Positions 27,717 through 38,135 of a DNA stretch of 52,819 nucleotides are shown here, in pieces. A program made the translations under genes and the position numbers. Every line of letters begins with the position of its first letter. The stretch's first letter is position 1. Location of the stretch: IMG/VR virus record IMGVR_UViG_3300035703_000127, positions 1 through 52,819 of that record. The stretch is one strand, 5' to 3'. The stretch comes from a virus. Its lineage: Duplodnaviria; Caudoviricetes. The notes under the pieces were generated by a model. That model had not been told where the DNA came from. It searched no databases and saw nothing but the letters and a program-made list of their open reading frames with translations.

Positions 27717-28790
27717 TCAGGCGGCCAGATCCAGGAGCCCCAGCTGCAGGGCCTGGGCCTCCAGCTGCCGGCGGCTGCGGGGGCGCCGGGGGGGCGCCTT
27801 GGGCAGCGCCTGGTGGCCCGGCGGTTTGAGCTCCACGGCCAGCTGCAGCGCCAGCTGACGGCGCACCTCCGGCAGCCGCTGGCCTCGCAGTGCCATCCGC
27901 GCTGCCGTGAGGAACTGCCCCAGGGCCTGCATCGGCATCACCGGCCGCCGGCCGGGGTTGCTCCAGAACTGCTCCAGCGCCTGGCGGTCACTGCGATGCA
28001 GCCGCCCCCAGATCGTTTGCACCAGCTGTTCCACCGGCTGCAGCACGTCCGCCTCCAGCTGGGCATCGGCCTGACCCACCAGCTCCTCATGCAGTTCGGT
28101 GGTGCCCGCCATGGCGTTGAGCATTTCTTCGAGCTCTCCGGCCTTCAGCCCCACCGCCTGGCACACCACCTCGGGGCTCTGGCCAGCCTCCAGCAGTTTC
28201 TTGGCCCGCGGCATCACCTCCCGCCAGCGAGCGGGGAACTTGATCGCATACCCCCGGTCGCGGAAGTGGTGGAGGATCTCGCCGTTGATGTACGGCACCG
28301 CGATGGTGCTGAGCTTGTAGCCGCTGGCGGGGTTGTACTTGCGGCAGCCCTTCACCAGGCCGACAAAGGCAATCGCCTCCAGGTCGTCGTAGGCCAGCTG
28401 GGATTTGCGCGCCCATCCCCAGGCGTACTTGCGCGCCAGCTTCAGGTTGTCGGTGATCAGCTGCTCCGAGTCGAGCTCCTCGCCGGTGTCCGGGTTGACC
28501 CAGCGCCAGGGTGCAGGGAAGCCGCCGCGATCTACTCCGGCGCCAGCACCAGCTGACGGTTCCAGATCAGCAGTTCCCGAGGGGCCCGCTGCAGCTGGCT
28601 CAGGGGCGCTCGGCTCCACTCCCCCCCGAAGCGTCGAATCTCGATCTGGCGCTCCCGCAGTCGCCACAGCCCGCCGACGGGGAGACCGCGCACGGCGCTG
28701 GCCGTGGCCTCCGGCAGTTGATTCAGCGCTGAGCGGTGGGCCGTTGGGGCCTGGGAGGGCAGGGGCACAGCTGGGCGGTAGGTCAGTCAT
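27717..28790 (-). CDS. Phage RNA polymerase sigma factor (sigma70 group 3, SigF-like)
   Basis: Region 2: LITDNLKLARKYA...YDDLEAIAFVGLVKGCRKYNPASGYKLSTIAVPYINGEILHHFRD; start uncertain, low-complexity N-terminus. Confidence 0.85.
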   Translation of the reverse strand: MTDLPPSCAPALPGPNGPPLSAESTAGGHGQRRARSPRRRAVATAGAPDRDSTLRGGVEPSAPEPAAAGPSGTADLEPSAGAGAGVDRGGFPAPWRWVNPDTGEELDSEQLITDNLKLARKYAWGWARKSQLAYDDLEAIAFVGLVKGCRKYNPASGYKLSTIAVPYINGEILHHFRDRGYAIKFPARWREVMPRAKKLLEAGQSPEVVCQAVGLKAGELEEMLNAMAGTTELHEELVGQADAQLEADVLQPVEQLVQTIWGRLHRSDRQALEQFWSNPGRRPVMPMQALGQFLTAARMALRGQRLPEVRRQLALQLAVELKPPGHQALPKAPPRRPRSRRQLEAQALQLGLLDLAA

Positions 28791-28815
28791 GGGCAGGATT
28801 CCTGGGGTGGGGAGC

Positions 28816-30441
28816 TCACCGGAAGCCCGGGGCCTGGGGCGGCCGGCGCGGGGCAATCGGGCCCTGGGGGATCAGATCCCCAGGCTTGGGATCGGTGTAG
28901 TGCTCACTGCCACGGCCCCAGCTGGCGGTCGTCACCCGCATCGGGCCGGTGCCGGACACGTAGTTGAGGACCTGGGTGGTGCTGTCCACCATGTCGTCAT
29001 GGGCTGCACCGGGGAACCCCAGCAGCTGGTCTTCGTAGGGCTGCAGCCAGCCGGCACCGGTTGGATGCCAGACCCGGCCCTGCTCGTACCAGGGGGCAGC
29101 GGCATTGGCGCGGGCCTCTTTGCCCCCCAGGGGGCGCACGCTGCGGATCAGGTAGCCGCTGCTCTCACGGCTGAGGGTGTCGATCACCGCCGGGCCGTTG
29201 GCGGCATCCTCCACCAACAGCTCCCCGAAGTGCCAGCGGTGCCAGACCGTGGCCAGCAGGGCCAGGGTGTCGATGAATCCCAGGCGCTGATTGATCACGT
29301 CCCGCAGGAACATGCCATCGGCGCACTGGCTCCAAATCGTCAGCGCCACAAAGTCGCTGCCGCTGGTGCTTTTGAAGGTGCAGTCCAGGGACGCCAGGGT
29401 GCGAACGATCTGGCTCTGATCGATCTGCGCCGGGTCGTAATAGCGGAACCACTCGCGCTGGAAGAGGTTGCCGCCGGCCACCGTCGGCTGCTGCTGGTAG
29501 AGGGCCTGCCACCAGCGGGTTGCCATGGTGCCTTCGGTCTTGCGCAGCTGCTCAATCGGATAGCGCTCCGGGCAGAGGGCCTCACCGGGTTGGCGCCAGT
29601 CCGGCTCACGGGTGCAGCTGGCCGGCAGCGGGGTGTATTCGGCCTGGGGCAGGGCAATGGCCGCCAGGTCGATCACATGCCACCGCTCGGGTTCGGAACC
29701 CCGATCGAGGGCCTCATCTTCCTTGCTCAGCAGGAAGCCGGTGAGGTCATCGAGGGCCCAGCGGGTCTGGATCACCACCATCGCGCCACCGGGCTCCAGA
29801 CGGGTGGAGTAGACCGCATCCCACCAGTCCTTCATCGCCGCCTTGTAGCCCGCGCTGTCGGCCTGATTGGCATCTTTCACCGGGTCGTCGATCACCCCCA
29901 GGTGGAAGCCCTTACCGGTGGCTGCACCGGCGACACCCACAGCCCACATGCCACCGCGATCGAGGGTGCCCCAGCGGTTGACAGCGCGGCTGGCCGGATC
30001 AATCGGCCCACCGTCTTCCGTGAAGAACTGCCGGGCTTCGCGGGAGAGGGAATCGGCCAGTTCAGCGCCATAGCTGGCCAGACCCACCCAGCGCTCGGGG
30101 TGACGGCGCAGGAAGTAGGCCGGGAACAGCCGGCTGGTCAGCTGGGACTTGCCATGGCGCGGCGGGGCCTGAATGATCAGGCGCTTGATCTGGCCATCGG
30201 CCACCGCCTGCAGACGCTCCACCAGCACATCGACGTGCCGGTAGAACTCAAAGCGGGGTGAGACGCGGCGGATGAACTGGGCCAGGCTGCCCACCTGCTC
30301 GGCGTTCTGCTCGGGGGTGAGGGCCAGCTGGTGGCGCTGGCGCTGCTGCTCCAGGGCCTGGCACCGCTGCCAGGCCGAGTAGCCGCCAAAGCGCTTGGCC
30401 GCTCCCAGGTCCAGCAGGGCATCGCCCAGACGGCGGCTCAC
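28816..30441 (-). CDS. terL: Terminase large subunit
   Basis: Walker A PPRHGKS, Walker B GVIDDPVKD, VIQTRW, nuclease motifs VEDAANG and FPGAAHDDMVD. Confidence 0.93.
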   Translation of the reverse strand: MSRRLGDALLDLGAAKRFGGYSAWQRCQALEQQRQRHQLALTPEQNAEQVGSLAQFIRRVSPRFEFYRHVDVLVERLQAVADGQIKRLIIQAPPRHGKSQLTSRLFPAYFLRRHPERWVGLASYGAELADSLSREARQFFTEDGGPIDPASRAVNRWGTLDRGGMWAVGVAGAATGKGFHLGVIDDPVKDANQADSAGYKAAMKDWWDAVYSTRLEPGGAMVVIQTRWALDDLTGFLLSKEDEALDRGSEPERWHVIDLAAIALPQAEYTPLPASCTREPDWRQPGEALCPERYPIEQLRKTEGTMATRWWQALYQQQPTVAGGNLFQREWFRYYDPAQIDQSQIVRTLASLDCTFKSTSGSDFVALTIWSQCADGMFLRDVINQRLGFIDTLALLATVWHRWHFGELLVEDAANGPAVIDTLSRESSGYLIRSVRPLGGKEARANAAAPWYEQGRVWHPTGAGWLQPYEDQLLGFPGAAHDDMVDSTTQVLNYVSGTGPMRVTTASWGRGSEHYTDPKPGDLIPQGPIAPRRPPQAPGFR

Positions 30442-31172
30442 CCGATCACCTCGGCGTCTTCAATCACCCGGGCATCGAGCTCCAGCACTGCCCGCTCCAT
30501 CTGCAGCAACAGCCTGTCCACGCCGATGGCGCGGCCCCAGTTGTGATGGGCTGAGGCCGCCAGGCTGCAGGCCGAGGCGACAAAGGAGGGGATCTCCCGG
30601 GACTTGAGCAGCTCCTGGCGCTCCAACATCCGCGCCACGGATTTACTGGCGATCTGCGTCATCGCCCGGGCGAGCTTCATCTGGTGACGGCCGAGGGATT
30701 CGGATTCCTCCCGGAACATCTCCAGCATCTGTTCGTGTTCCAGTTCCTTGGCCCGGATTTCAGGCGGCAGGGAGGGCAGGGCGTCCGGGTTGCGACTGCT
30801 CACCAGTTCCACCGGCGGGCGAGACGCCGCTTCCAGCAGGGGTTGTGGCAGAGGCGGGGCCAGATCCGGGTTTGTGGCGGACTCCTCCGTGCGGGCATCC
30901 CATTCCTTGGCACGGCCGACCCAGTTGAACTTCAGGGCCAGTTCGTTGATGGCAGTCCTGGAGGTGCCGAAATGCTTGGCGGTTGCGACCTGGGTGCGGC
31001 CTGGGCCCTGGTCGCGGTAGTGCAGGAACTTCAGATGGGAGTTCTGGCGCTCGCGGGGGAAGCCCTTCTCATCGCGCTGATACCCCTGGCCGTGATCCCA
31101 GGGAAACTGGCGTCCATCATTCCCTTGATTCGGCACAGAATCCAGACCGATCCGGTTTCGATAGCTGATCAC
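30438..31172 (-). CDS. Probable terminase small subunit
   Basis: HTH-like segment and FNWVGRAKEWD motif; overlaps the terL start. Confidence 0.65.
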   Translation of the reverse strand: MISYRNRIGLDSVPNQGNDGRQFPWDHGQGYQRDEKGFPRERQNSHLKFLHYRDQGPGRTQVATAKHFGTSRTAINELALKFNWVGRAKEWDARTEESATNPDLAPPLPQPLLEAASRPPVELVSSRNPDALPSLPPEIRAKELEHEQMLEMFREESESLGRHQMKLARAMTQIASKSVARMLERQELLKSREIPSFVASACSLAASAHHNWGRAIGVDRLLLQMERAVLELDARVIEDAEVIG

Positions 31173-31356
31173 GCGGATGGTAAGGCTTTTCCGGCGGCCG
31201 GCCAGGGAAAACCAGGACGCACAGCACGCGCACCGTGGCGGTCAAGGCGAAACAGGGTTCAGCCGGACTGGTGAAGAAAGAGCCGGTGCATCACAAGACG
31301 CGGCAGGGTAATGGCCGGGGGAGCCGCTCCAGCCACGGGCGGAAGCTGCGCCGGGG

Positions 31357-31620
31357 TCAGGGCAGGGGCTGAGGGTCGGCGGGCGGTTCGTGGCGCTCGT
31401 AGGCCTTGAGTAGCCGGCGGGCGGCGACCACCAGCTGCTCCAGCTCCTCCAGGTCCAGGCGCAGGGTCTTGGGGGCGAGGGCTGCATCGACGGCCTCGAT
31501 CTCCAGGAAGGCGCCGCCGCCCTCATCGACGATGGAGAGGCGCAGGCCGTTGCCGTAGTAGGGGTTCTGATCGCTGGGGTGAATGCTCACGCTGAGCGGT
31601 GTGTAGCGGTAGCTGGTCAT
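31357..31620 (-). CDS. Hypothetical protein
   Basis: 87 aa; SIVDEGGGAFLEI motif seen in small phage proteins. Confidence 0.6.
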   Translation of the reverse strand: MTSYRYTPLSVSIHPSDQNPYYGNGLRLSIVDEGGGAFLEIEAVDAALAPKTLRLDLEELEQLVVAARRLLKAYERHEPPADPQPLP

Positions 31621-31720
31621 GAGGGCCTGCGCAGGTCGGCCAGGGCCCGGGTGAGGTCCATCCAGCCCGGGTTGCCGATGTTGACGCGCAGGGCGGGCAT
31701 GGTGAGCTCAATGGGGGCGC

Positions 31721-32011
31721 TCATTGCTCTGCATCCCGCTCAGGCATTTCCTCTGGGAGCCAGGCCATCGCAAGTCGGACGGTGTTGACGAGGTGCTTGT
31801 GTTCTTCGCCGACAACCAGAGCAAGGTGCGCCAACGCGAATGCTGCCTGGATGCGCAACTCCGGGGGTGGCGGCAGGTCGCGCAGCCATCTGCGAGCGAG
31901 TGCGACATGGCGGCGCGATTCAGGCGAAAGGGTGCCGCGATCAATCTCCTGTTTCAGGATTTCTGAGAACTTCCAACACAGGAAGTAAGGGTCAAGCGCT
32001 GCAAGATTCAT
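31721..32011 (-). CDS. Hypothetical protein
   Basis: Overlapping gene chain. Confidence 0.5.
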   Translation of the reverse strand: MNLAALDPYFLCWKFSEILKQEIDRGTLSPESRRHVALARRWLRDLPPPPELRIQAAFALAHLALVVGEEHKHLVNTVRLAMAWLPEEMPERDAEQ

Positions 32012-32289
32012 CCCTCCACCTCCAGCACCTGGCGGCGCAGGGCGGCCAGCACCAGGGCATTGGTGCCGGAACGGCGCAGCATGGCGAGCTGGGAGTCAAT
32101 CAGCGCCAAGATCCGGTCTCGTTCCCGGGCGGCAGCCTGTTGCCAGGCGGCCTGCACGGCAGCGTCCTGGGTGAGGTGTTCCGCAGCGCGGACCAATACG
32201 CGCTCCTGGGCCTCGATGGCGGCGCGCTCGTTGCTGAGTTCAGCCAACAGGGCATCCAGCTGTTGGCGGGTCTGATCCAAAAGTTCCAT
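32008..32289 (-). CDS. Hypothetical coiled-coil protein
   Basis: Overlapping gene chain. Confidence 0.55.
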   Translation of the reverse strand: MELLDQTRQQLDALLAELSNERAAIEAQERVLVRAAEHLTQDAAVQAAWQQAAARERDRILALIDSQLAMLRRSGTNALVLAALRRQVLEVEG

Positions 32290-32651
32290 CAGCAGGCCAC
32301 CTCCAGCAGGGGCAGCTGGCCGTTGTTTTTCTCGATCCGGGCGATGCGCAGGGCCTCCATGCGTTCGGGATCCAGTTCGGCGCGGAACTCATCGAGCTCC
32401 ACGGTGTTGCCGTCCTTAATCAGCCAGAGCCTGTCGCTGTCCATGCGGTCGAACACGCCGTCATCAAGCGGCTCCGGCTTCGCGCGTGAGCAGCAGCTGG
32501 TGGCTTCGGCGTCATCCCAGACATCGAACTCGACTTCAGCCTTGGCCCACTTCTCGGCGGTCTCCTGATCCGGGGCCCACACCAGGGCTTCACCCTCGGC
32601 GCTCCATTCCTGGGTCACCAGGACCCGGTAGAGGTTCAGGTTGCTGCTCAT
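32289..32651 (-). CDS. Hypothetical protein
   Basis: Likely start MSSNLNLY at 32651 (ATGA overlap). Confidence 0.55.
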   Translation of the reverse strand: MSSNLNLYRVLVTQEWSAEGEALVWAPDQETAEKWAKAEVEFDVWDDAEATSCCSRAKPEPLDDGVFDRMDSDRLWLIKDGNTVELDEFRAELDPERMEALRIARIEKNNGQLPLLEVAC

Positions 32652-33016
32652 GGCGCCACCTCCAGCTGGAGCGTCACGGCTGTGCTCAATCCGCAGCTTC
32701 CCCACTGCACAAAGCGAAGCCCCTCCATTGCCGGGTGAACGGCTTGGCCTGGATGGAACCGTCGGATGCTGGTATTGGCGTTGATCCACCACAGCATCCC
32801 GATGCGGCCGTGGTCGGAGTTGATGTTGATCATGGACAAGACGACGTGTGGTTGCTGAGGGGGCTCCCCGCTGCGGCGGGGTTGAGGGCCTCTGCCACCT
32901 GGCGGGCGCCGATGCCGCGGTAGCCATCGACTTCCAGCAGCAGCGAGAGGGTGTAGGGGTGCAGGCCGGGACGGCGAGCGGCGAGGGCATGCAGGTGCTC
33001 ACGCCAGCTGGGGCGT

Positions 33017-33418
33017 TCAGCGGTCATGGCTGGCCTCGGGTCGGCGATCGGCCTCACGGCGGAGCCATTGGGCCTGGGGGCCATCACCAAAGGCATCGGC
33101 GAGGGCATCGGCGACGGCGTGGAGTTCCTTGCCGGTGGGTGCCAGCCAGGCCAGATCCAGCAGCGATGTGGCCGGCGGCGGCGGCAGCGCTGCGCTGGGG
33201 GCCAGCTGGTAGGGCTCGATCAGCTGGCCGGTGGCATCAATGAATCCGGCCTGCTGCAGGAAGCTGCGGGCGGTGGCGGGGTCCTGGAGCAGGGAGCGCA
33301 ACGCCAGGGCCAGCACCTGCAGCGCAGCCGGCGAGGGCAGGGGTGTGGGGGTCGGCGGGGGGATCGTTGCGGGAGCCGGGCCGGTGATGGCCGGCGCAGC
33401 CTCGGCGATGGTGAACAT
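33017..33418 (-). CDS. Hypothetical protein
   Basis: 133 aa; ARSFLQQAGFIDATGQLIEPY. Confidence 0.5.
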   Translation of the reverse strand: MFTIAEAAPAITGPAPATIPPPTPTPLPSPAALQVLALALRSLLQDPATARSFLQQAGFIDATGQLIEPYQLAPSAALPPPPATSLLDLAWLAPTGKELHAVADALADAFGDGPQAQWLRREADRRPEASHDR

Positions 33419-33620
33419 GGTGAATCTCAGGGGGAGAGCAGGTCGGGGCGGTGGGCGTGAAACCAGGCGATGAGGGAGGTCAGGTCGATCAGCAACGCTT
33501 CTCCGGTGTCGGTGGCGGCGCGGATGGCCAGCTGGCTGCCGGGCAGGTCCACCAGGGAGACATCAGCGCCGCAGTTCAGCTCCTCCACGCCGTCCATGGG
33601 GCGCTCATCGAAGGCCCAGC

Positions 33621-33923
33621 TCATGGCAGGAACTGCGGCAGCTGGGGGCCAGCGGTCGGCTGGGATCTGGAGCCGGACTGGGGGCTGCGAAACCGCAGCT
33701 GGCGGGACTGCCGCAGGGAGATCTCACGCCAGCCCTCGGTATCACGCTGGGCCTGCCGGAGGGCGGCCTGCAGGTTGTGAATCGCCTGGCGCTGGTGTTG
33801 CACGAGGGTGTGCTGGTCGATCAGCACGGCTTCGGCTTCCAGCAGCCGGCGTTCGAGGTAGACGACCCGGGCGGCAGCGGGGGAGAGCAGGCGCTGGCGC
33901 CACCAGGTGAGGAGGGCGTGCAT
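33621..33923 (-). CDS. Hypothetical coiled-coil protein
   Basis: Gene chain with 33427..33624. Confidence 0.5.
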   Translation of the reverse strand: MHALLTWWRQRLLSPAAARVVYLERRLLEAEAVLIDQHTLVQHQRQAIHNLQAALRQAQRDTEGWREISLRQSRQLRFRSPQSGSRSQPTAGPQLPQFLP

Positions 33924-33946
33924 GGCATCAAGGCGGTGGGGATGGC

Positions 33947-34742
33947 TCAGCTGGCGATCACGTCCAGCACGGCGCTGCTGGGATCGAGATCGGGGGCGTA
34001 GGCGTCGGCATCCACCACCGACGGGGCGGCCGGGGTGATGGTGACGATGTAGCCCTGGGTGCTGAGGGCCTGGGCCTGAGCCCAGAGATCGGCCTCGGTG
34101 GAGAGGCTGTAGAACTGGGAGCCGATCAACCGTTGACGGCGACCGGGCCCCTTGCGCTCGATCACCTCGTGCCAGGTGAGGCGCTTGCGATCGGCAGAGA
34201 GCTGGGAGCGACCCTTGCGATCGGCGTGGGGTTGGGAAAGGGGCATGGGAGGGATGGGGCAGCCGCAGTGGAGGCAGCGGTGATCAGGTCGCACGGGCAC
34301 CAGGCCAAAACAGCTGACGCACCAGCGTTCAGGCGCTGGGTTGGCCAGAGGAATCGAGAGGCAGGTCACGGTCGGCGGCAGTGGCATCAGGGGTGGCCTC
34401 TGCGGGAGTGAGGGATGGGATCGGAGCGTTCCAATCCAGGGCGGTGACGGTTTTCAGGCACTCACTGGCCACGAGGGCATAGAGGGCGCTGGTTCCGGCC
34501 ACGTCTTCTGCGGCGGGGTAGGTGACCGCGGCGATCGAGCGCTTGAGGGCGCGGGCCAGTTCGCGCCGGTTGGTGAGCAACAGGTACTGGTGGGGGTAGC
34601 CGGGGCGTTTGCGGGCGGCTTCTCCCGGGAACAGGGCCGGGATGGTCTCCGGCTGCCAGGCAATGACGCGCACGGCATCAGTGCCGAGGCTGGGGTCAGC
34701 CGTGACGACGATCGGGCCGGCGGGGAGGAGGTGCAGAGACAT
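33947..34742 (-). other. Two adjacent hypothetical early genes (33947..34387, 34329..34742)
   Basis: Overlapping minus-strand ORFs; the first has CxxC...CxxC. Confidence 0.45.
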
Positions 34743-35312
34743 CGGAGGGCAACGGGCGACGGTGGCTCAGCTGGTGATCAGCTGGCGCTTGGCGGTGAGC
34801 AGCTGGCGGCGATGGGCGGCCAGCTCGGGGTAAGAGATCCAGCGGGGGGCCTCTTCGTCGTTGAACTGGATCAGGGCCTCCAGGCCGGCGCCGGTGCGGC
34901 GGATTTCGTGGAGGTAGCCCCAGCCCTTGGCCATCGGCGCGCTCATGAGAAACGCATGGCGAGGGGCTTGGTCAGCAGCTCCAGCTGACTGGCCTGCCAC
35001 TGGGAGCCGTCGGGGGCCCGCAGGGCGTAGTGGGGCCAGCCGTTGTGCTCCAGCAAGCGGGTGACCACGAATGGGTCCTGGTGCCAGGCGTGGCGACGGG
35101 GCAGCAGGAACACCCGATCCCCGACGGCAAAGAGGTGATGGGCGGAGCACGTCATGGGCAACGGTGCGGCTGAGCGATGCACACCACGTGGGCGATGGCC
35201 GGGATGGCCTCTGGGTTGGTTTTCCGTTGGCTGTGGTGGATCAGCCCACCGGGCGACCAGATCAGGGCGGAGGTGATGACGAAGCCCAGCAGGGTGGGGA
35301 GGTGGCGCATGG

Positions 35313-35579
35313 TCAGTCGAGAAAGGAGGGGTTACAGCGCGCGATGGAGCCCAGGGCGGTTTCGTCGGTGTCGCAGTAGCGCCAGGGCGGATCAGGCGGC
35401 AGTTGGGGGTAGACGGTGACGAGGTAGGGGTGGCCGGCGGCCTGGAAGGCGGCGTGCATCGGCTCCCAGTCGTCAGCTCCCCCCCTGTCGTCGGTGCCGT
35501 CGGCGGCCTCGAAGTAGAAGATCCAAGGGTCATCGGCGGGGATGGGGGCACCGGCCTGCTGCTGCCAGGGGGTGCTCAT
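35313..35579 (-). CDS. Hypothetical protein
   Basis: Start MSTPWQQ overlaps the stop of the LexA-like gene. Confidence 0.5.
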   Translation of the reverse strand: MSTPWQQQAGAPIPADDPWIFYFEAADGTDDRGGADDWEPMHAAFQAAGHPYLVTVYPQLPPDPPWRYCDTDETALGSIARCNPSFLD

Positions 35580-35812
35580 GGGTCTTCCCCCGGCGCGGTG
35601 GGCAGCAGGCTGCGGACACAGCCACTCCTCCACGTGATCAGAGCCAGTGCCCGCAACCGGTTCAGGTGGTGCTGAATGGCGGAGGGTGAACGGAGCCCGA
35701 AGTGGGCCTGCAGTTCGCGGATGGAGGGGCTGATGCCGTGCTGCTGGCGGTAGCGGATCAGGTAGGGCAGCAGTTGCCGTTGCTTCACCGATGGCTCAGG
35801 GGCGGGCGTCAT
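35576..35812 (-). CDS. LexA-type winged-helix DNA-binding domain protein (no peptidase domain)
   Basis: KQRQLLPYL...HGISPSIRELQAHFGLRSPSAIQHHLNRL...RSL. Confidence 0.8.
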   Translation of the reverse strand: MTPAPEPSVKQRQLLPYLIRYRQQHGISPSIRELQAHFGLRSPSAIQHHLNRLRALALITWRSGCVRSLLPTAPGEDP

Positions 35813-36127
35813 CGGGCCTCCAGCCGTGCTGCCAGGCGCAGGTGATCAGGGATTGGCGGCTGTGGGAGCCGTAGGGGATGCGGCGGTCATCCAGGAAGTC
35901 CTGGGCGTCTTCCTCGTGCTCATCGGAGCTGATGGCGTGGCTCAGGAGCTCCTGGAGAGTGGCGTAGAGCATGGTTCTGGTTCTGACCCGAATCAGGGTC
36001 AGGCAAAGAAGGAGGCCGGTTCCGGGTGGGGGCCGGGCCGGCCATGACCCCACTATGCCAGTTCTTTTGCGAAAGGAAAGTCCTTTTAATCAGAAAGCGC
36101 AACATTCGAGCCTGATTCGGTGTCTGA

Positions 36128-36520
36128 TCAGGGTTCGCGGTAGAGCAGGGACTGCCACACCCGCACGTCGCCGCGGTGGCGGCTGGGGCGGCTGGTGGTG
36201 ATGGTGCGATCGGTGCGCACGATCCAGCCCGCCTTGGCGGCCGCCACCATCACCGGCCCTGAGGCGCGGTTGTCGTGGGTGCTGATCCCCTCAGCCTCCA
36301 GGCCATCCCAGAGGTCGTTGGCGCTCACCTCCGGCCGGGCCAAGGCGGCGGCCCGCAGCACCCGCAACGCGGCCTGGCGGAACTCCGGCCGGGCGTGATC
36401 CCACACCTGGGCCATGCCGGCCTGTTTGCCCACCTCCCCCTGGCGGGGGCTGGTGCCAGGGGCTGCAGCCGCGGTGAACAGGGGCAGATCGTGGTACTGC
36501 CCTACGGCGCCAGCGGCCAC
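36128..36520 (-). CDS. Hypothetical phage protein (winged-helix-like)
   Basis: RASGPVMVAAAKAGWI...SRH...RVWQS pattern. Confidence 0.6.
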   Translation of the reverse strand: MAAGAVGQYHDLPLFTAAAAPGTSPRQGEVGKQAGMAQVWDHARPEFRQAALRVLRAAALARPEVSANDLWDGLEAEGISTHDNRASGPVMVAAAKAGWIVRTDRTITTSRPSRHRGDVRVWQSLLYREP

Positions 36521-37107
36521 TACTTGATGCTCCAGCTGCGGCGCTCCTCCAGCCGGGCGCCCGGCACCTGCTGGCCCAGCTTGAGGGCGGCCTTGATGGC
36601 CGCTTTGTCTACAGCTGTGCTGGTCTTGATGCGCATGAACGCATCTGGCACGGCCTCCTCCTCCTCGATCACCAGCCCCTGGGAGCGGCGGCTGCTGATC
36701 TGGTGGTTCGGCAGCGTGAAGGCCGTGGCGTTGGGCTGCAGGCGGGTGAGCACGGTGATCAGCGCGGCCTCCAGGCGATCGGCGCGGGCGCCATCGGCAG
36801 CGGCCAGATCGCTGAGGCGCTGCGCCTGCTGCTTGCGGTAGGCGGCCTGGCCCCGCAGGTTCTCGATCACCCAGCAGTAGGCATCGGCCTTGCGCTCCAG
36901 GGCGGCGCGCTGGCCTTCATCCGCGGCCAGCAGGGCCTCCAGTTCGGTCAGGGCGGCCTGGCGCTGCTCGTCATCGTCGCTGTCCAGCAGCAGGGCCAGG
37001 TTCTCCACCTGGCGGTTGAGCTCCTGGGATTCCAGGCCCAGCTGCCAGAGGGAAGGGGCTGCAGCCGGCGGCGCGGCCGCAGGGGTGGCCTCAAGGGTGA
37101 CAGACAT
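36520..37107 (-). CDS. Siphovirus Gp157 family protein
   Basis: KADAYCWVI...VDKAAIKAALKLGQQVPGARLEERRSWSIK; likely start MSVTL at 37107. Confidence 0.85.
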   Translation of the reverse strand: MSVTLEATPAAAPPAAAPSLWQLGLESQELNRQVENLALLLDSDDDEQRQAALTELEALLAADEGQRAALERKADAYCWVIENLRGQAAYRKQQAQRLSDLAAADGARADRLEAALITVLTRLQPNATAFTLPNHQISSRRSQGLVIEEEEAVPDAFMRIKTSTAVDKAAIKAALKLGQQVPGARLEERRSWSIK

Positions 37108-37214
37108 GGAACACATCCGTGGTGGCCTGATCAGGCCTAGCACTAAAACGCTACCGTTTCGGCGTCGGATCGGGCGGTGTTCCGATCTGATGCGCCCTTT
37201 TTCGTGACACATCC

Positions 37215-37397
37215 ATGGCGAGCCGAAAGCTGTCCCTTCACCTGGCCCCGCACGTCTTTGAGCTGCTGCAGGCCAAGGCGCAGCGAGAGGGTCGCTCCAG
37301 CGCCAACCTCGCGGCCTTCCTGGTGGAGCGCGAGCTCCGCAGCCCTCACAACATCCCGGCGGGCAGCAGCCCGGGCGATGGCACCAGCTCCAACTAA
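37215..37397 (+). CDS. Ribbon-helix-helix (Arc/CopG-like) regulator
   Basis: KLSLHL...LQAKAQREGRSSANLAAFLVE. Confidence 0.75.
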   Translation: MASRKLSLHLAPHVFELLQAKAQREGRSSANLAAFLVERELRSPHNIPAGSSPGDGTSSN

Positions 37398-37424
37398 CCC
37401 CCCCTGCCCTGTTGCGCTCCCCCC

Positions 37425-38057
37425 ATGCCCACCCTGGCCCGCAAGGAAGAAGTCGTCGTCATCCAGCCGCCCGATTTCCGGCTACTGGAACTGCAGATCC
37501 GCGGTACGGCGCCCCTGGTGATCAACCGCTTCAGCGCCAAGGCGATGGCGATGATGCGCGAAACCCAGGAAGCCGGCAGCACAGCCAAGTCCCGCAAGAA
37601 GCGGGAGCCCAAGGACTTCGACGCGCTCTATGAAGACGCGAAGCACCGCAGCGATGAGGGCTGGGAGGGCATCCATGCGGCGGCCTTTCGCAATGCCTCG
37701 ATCAGCGCCTGCCGCGCCTGCGGCTACGTGATGACCAAGGCCAAGCTGGCGATCTTCGTGCAGCAGGACGGCTTCGACGTGGTGGATGGTGCGCCGTTGG
37801 TGCGCATCTCAGAAGGGGTCGCCGAACCGTGGGTGGCCCCGACTCGCAATGCCACAGGCGTGGTGGACCTGCGCTGCCGGCCGATGTATCGCCAGTGGGG
37901 CGCCATCCTGCGGCTGCGCTACGACGCCGGCATGCTCACCCAGGGCGACGTGGTGAACCTGGTCGCCCGGGTGGGGCTGCAGGTGGGGATCGGCGAGGGG
38001 CGGCCCGATTCCAAGGCGAGCCCGGGTCTGGGCTTCGGCCTGTTTGAGATCGTCTGA
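37425..38057 (+). CDS. Stand-alone RAMP/Cas7-like RNA-binding protein
   Basis: RAMP-like order of motifs: LQIRGTAPL strand; GIHAAAFRNA (cf. IPGSSLKG); RPMY..W; C-terminal G-rich loop GLQVGIGEGRP...GLGFGLF. Manual recognition only. Confidence 0.6.
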   Translation: MPTLARKEEVVVIQPPDFRLLELQIRGTAPLVINRFSAKAMAMMRETQEAGSTAKSRKKREPKDFDALYEDAKHRSDEGWEGIHAAAFRNASISACRACGYVMTKAKLAIFVQQDGFDVVDGAPLVRISEGVAEPWVAPTRNATGVVDLRCRPMYRQWGAILRLRYDAGMLTQGDVVNLVARVGLQVGIGEGRPDSKASPGLGFGLFEIV

Positions 38058-38135
38058 TGGCTGACAACACCCCAGGCGGTCGCGATCCGCCGGCACTGGA
38101 GAGGCATTCGCGCCCTTGAGCCCCGGCATTCAAAC

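Noticed and set aside
25851-30261. Long plus-strand ORFs (901 aa, 618 aa and similar ones opposite other genes)
   Set aside because: Antisense shadows of portal, sigma and terminase genes in high-GC DNA, with no motifs
31175-31356. cos/pac site or small RNA upstream of terS
   Set aside because: Position is plausible and degenerate divergent motif copies are present, but there is no diagnostic sequence
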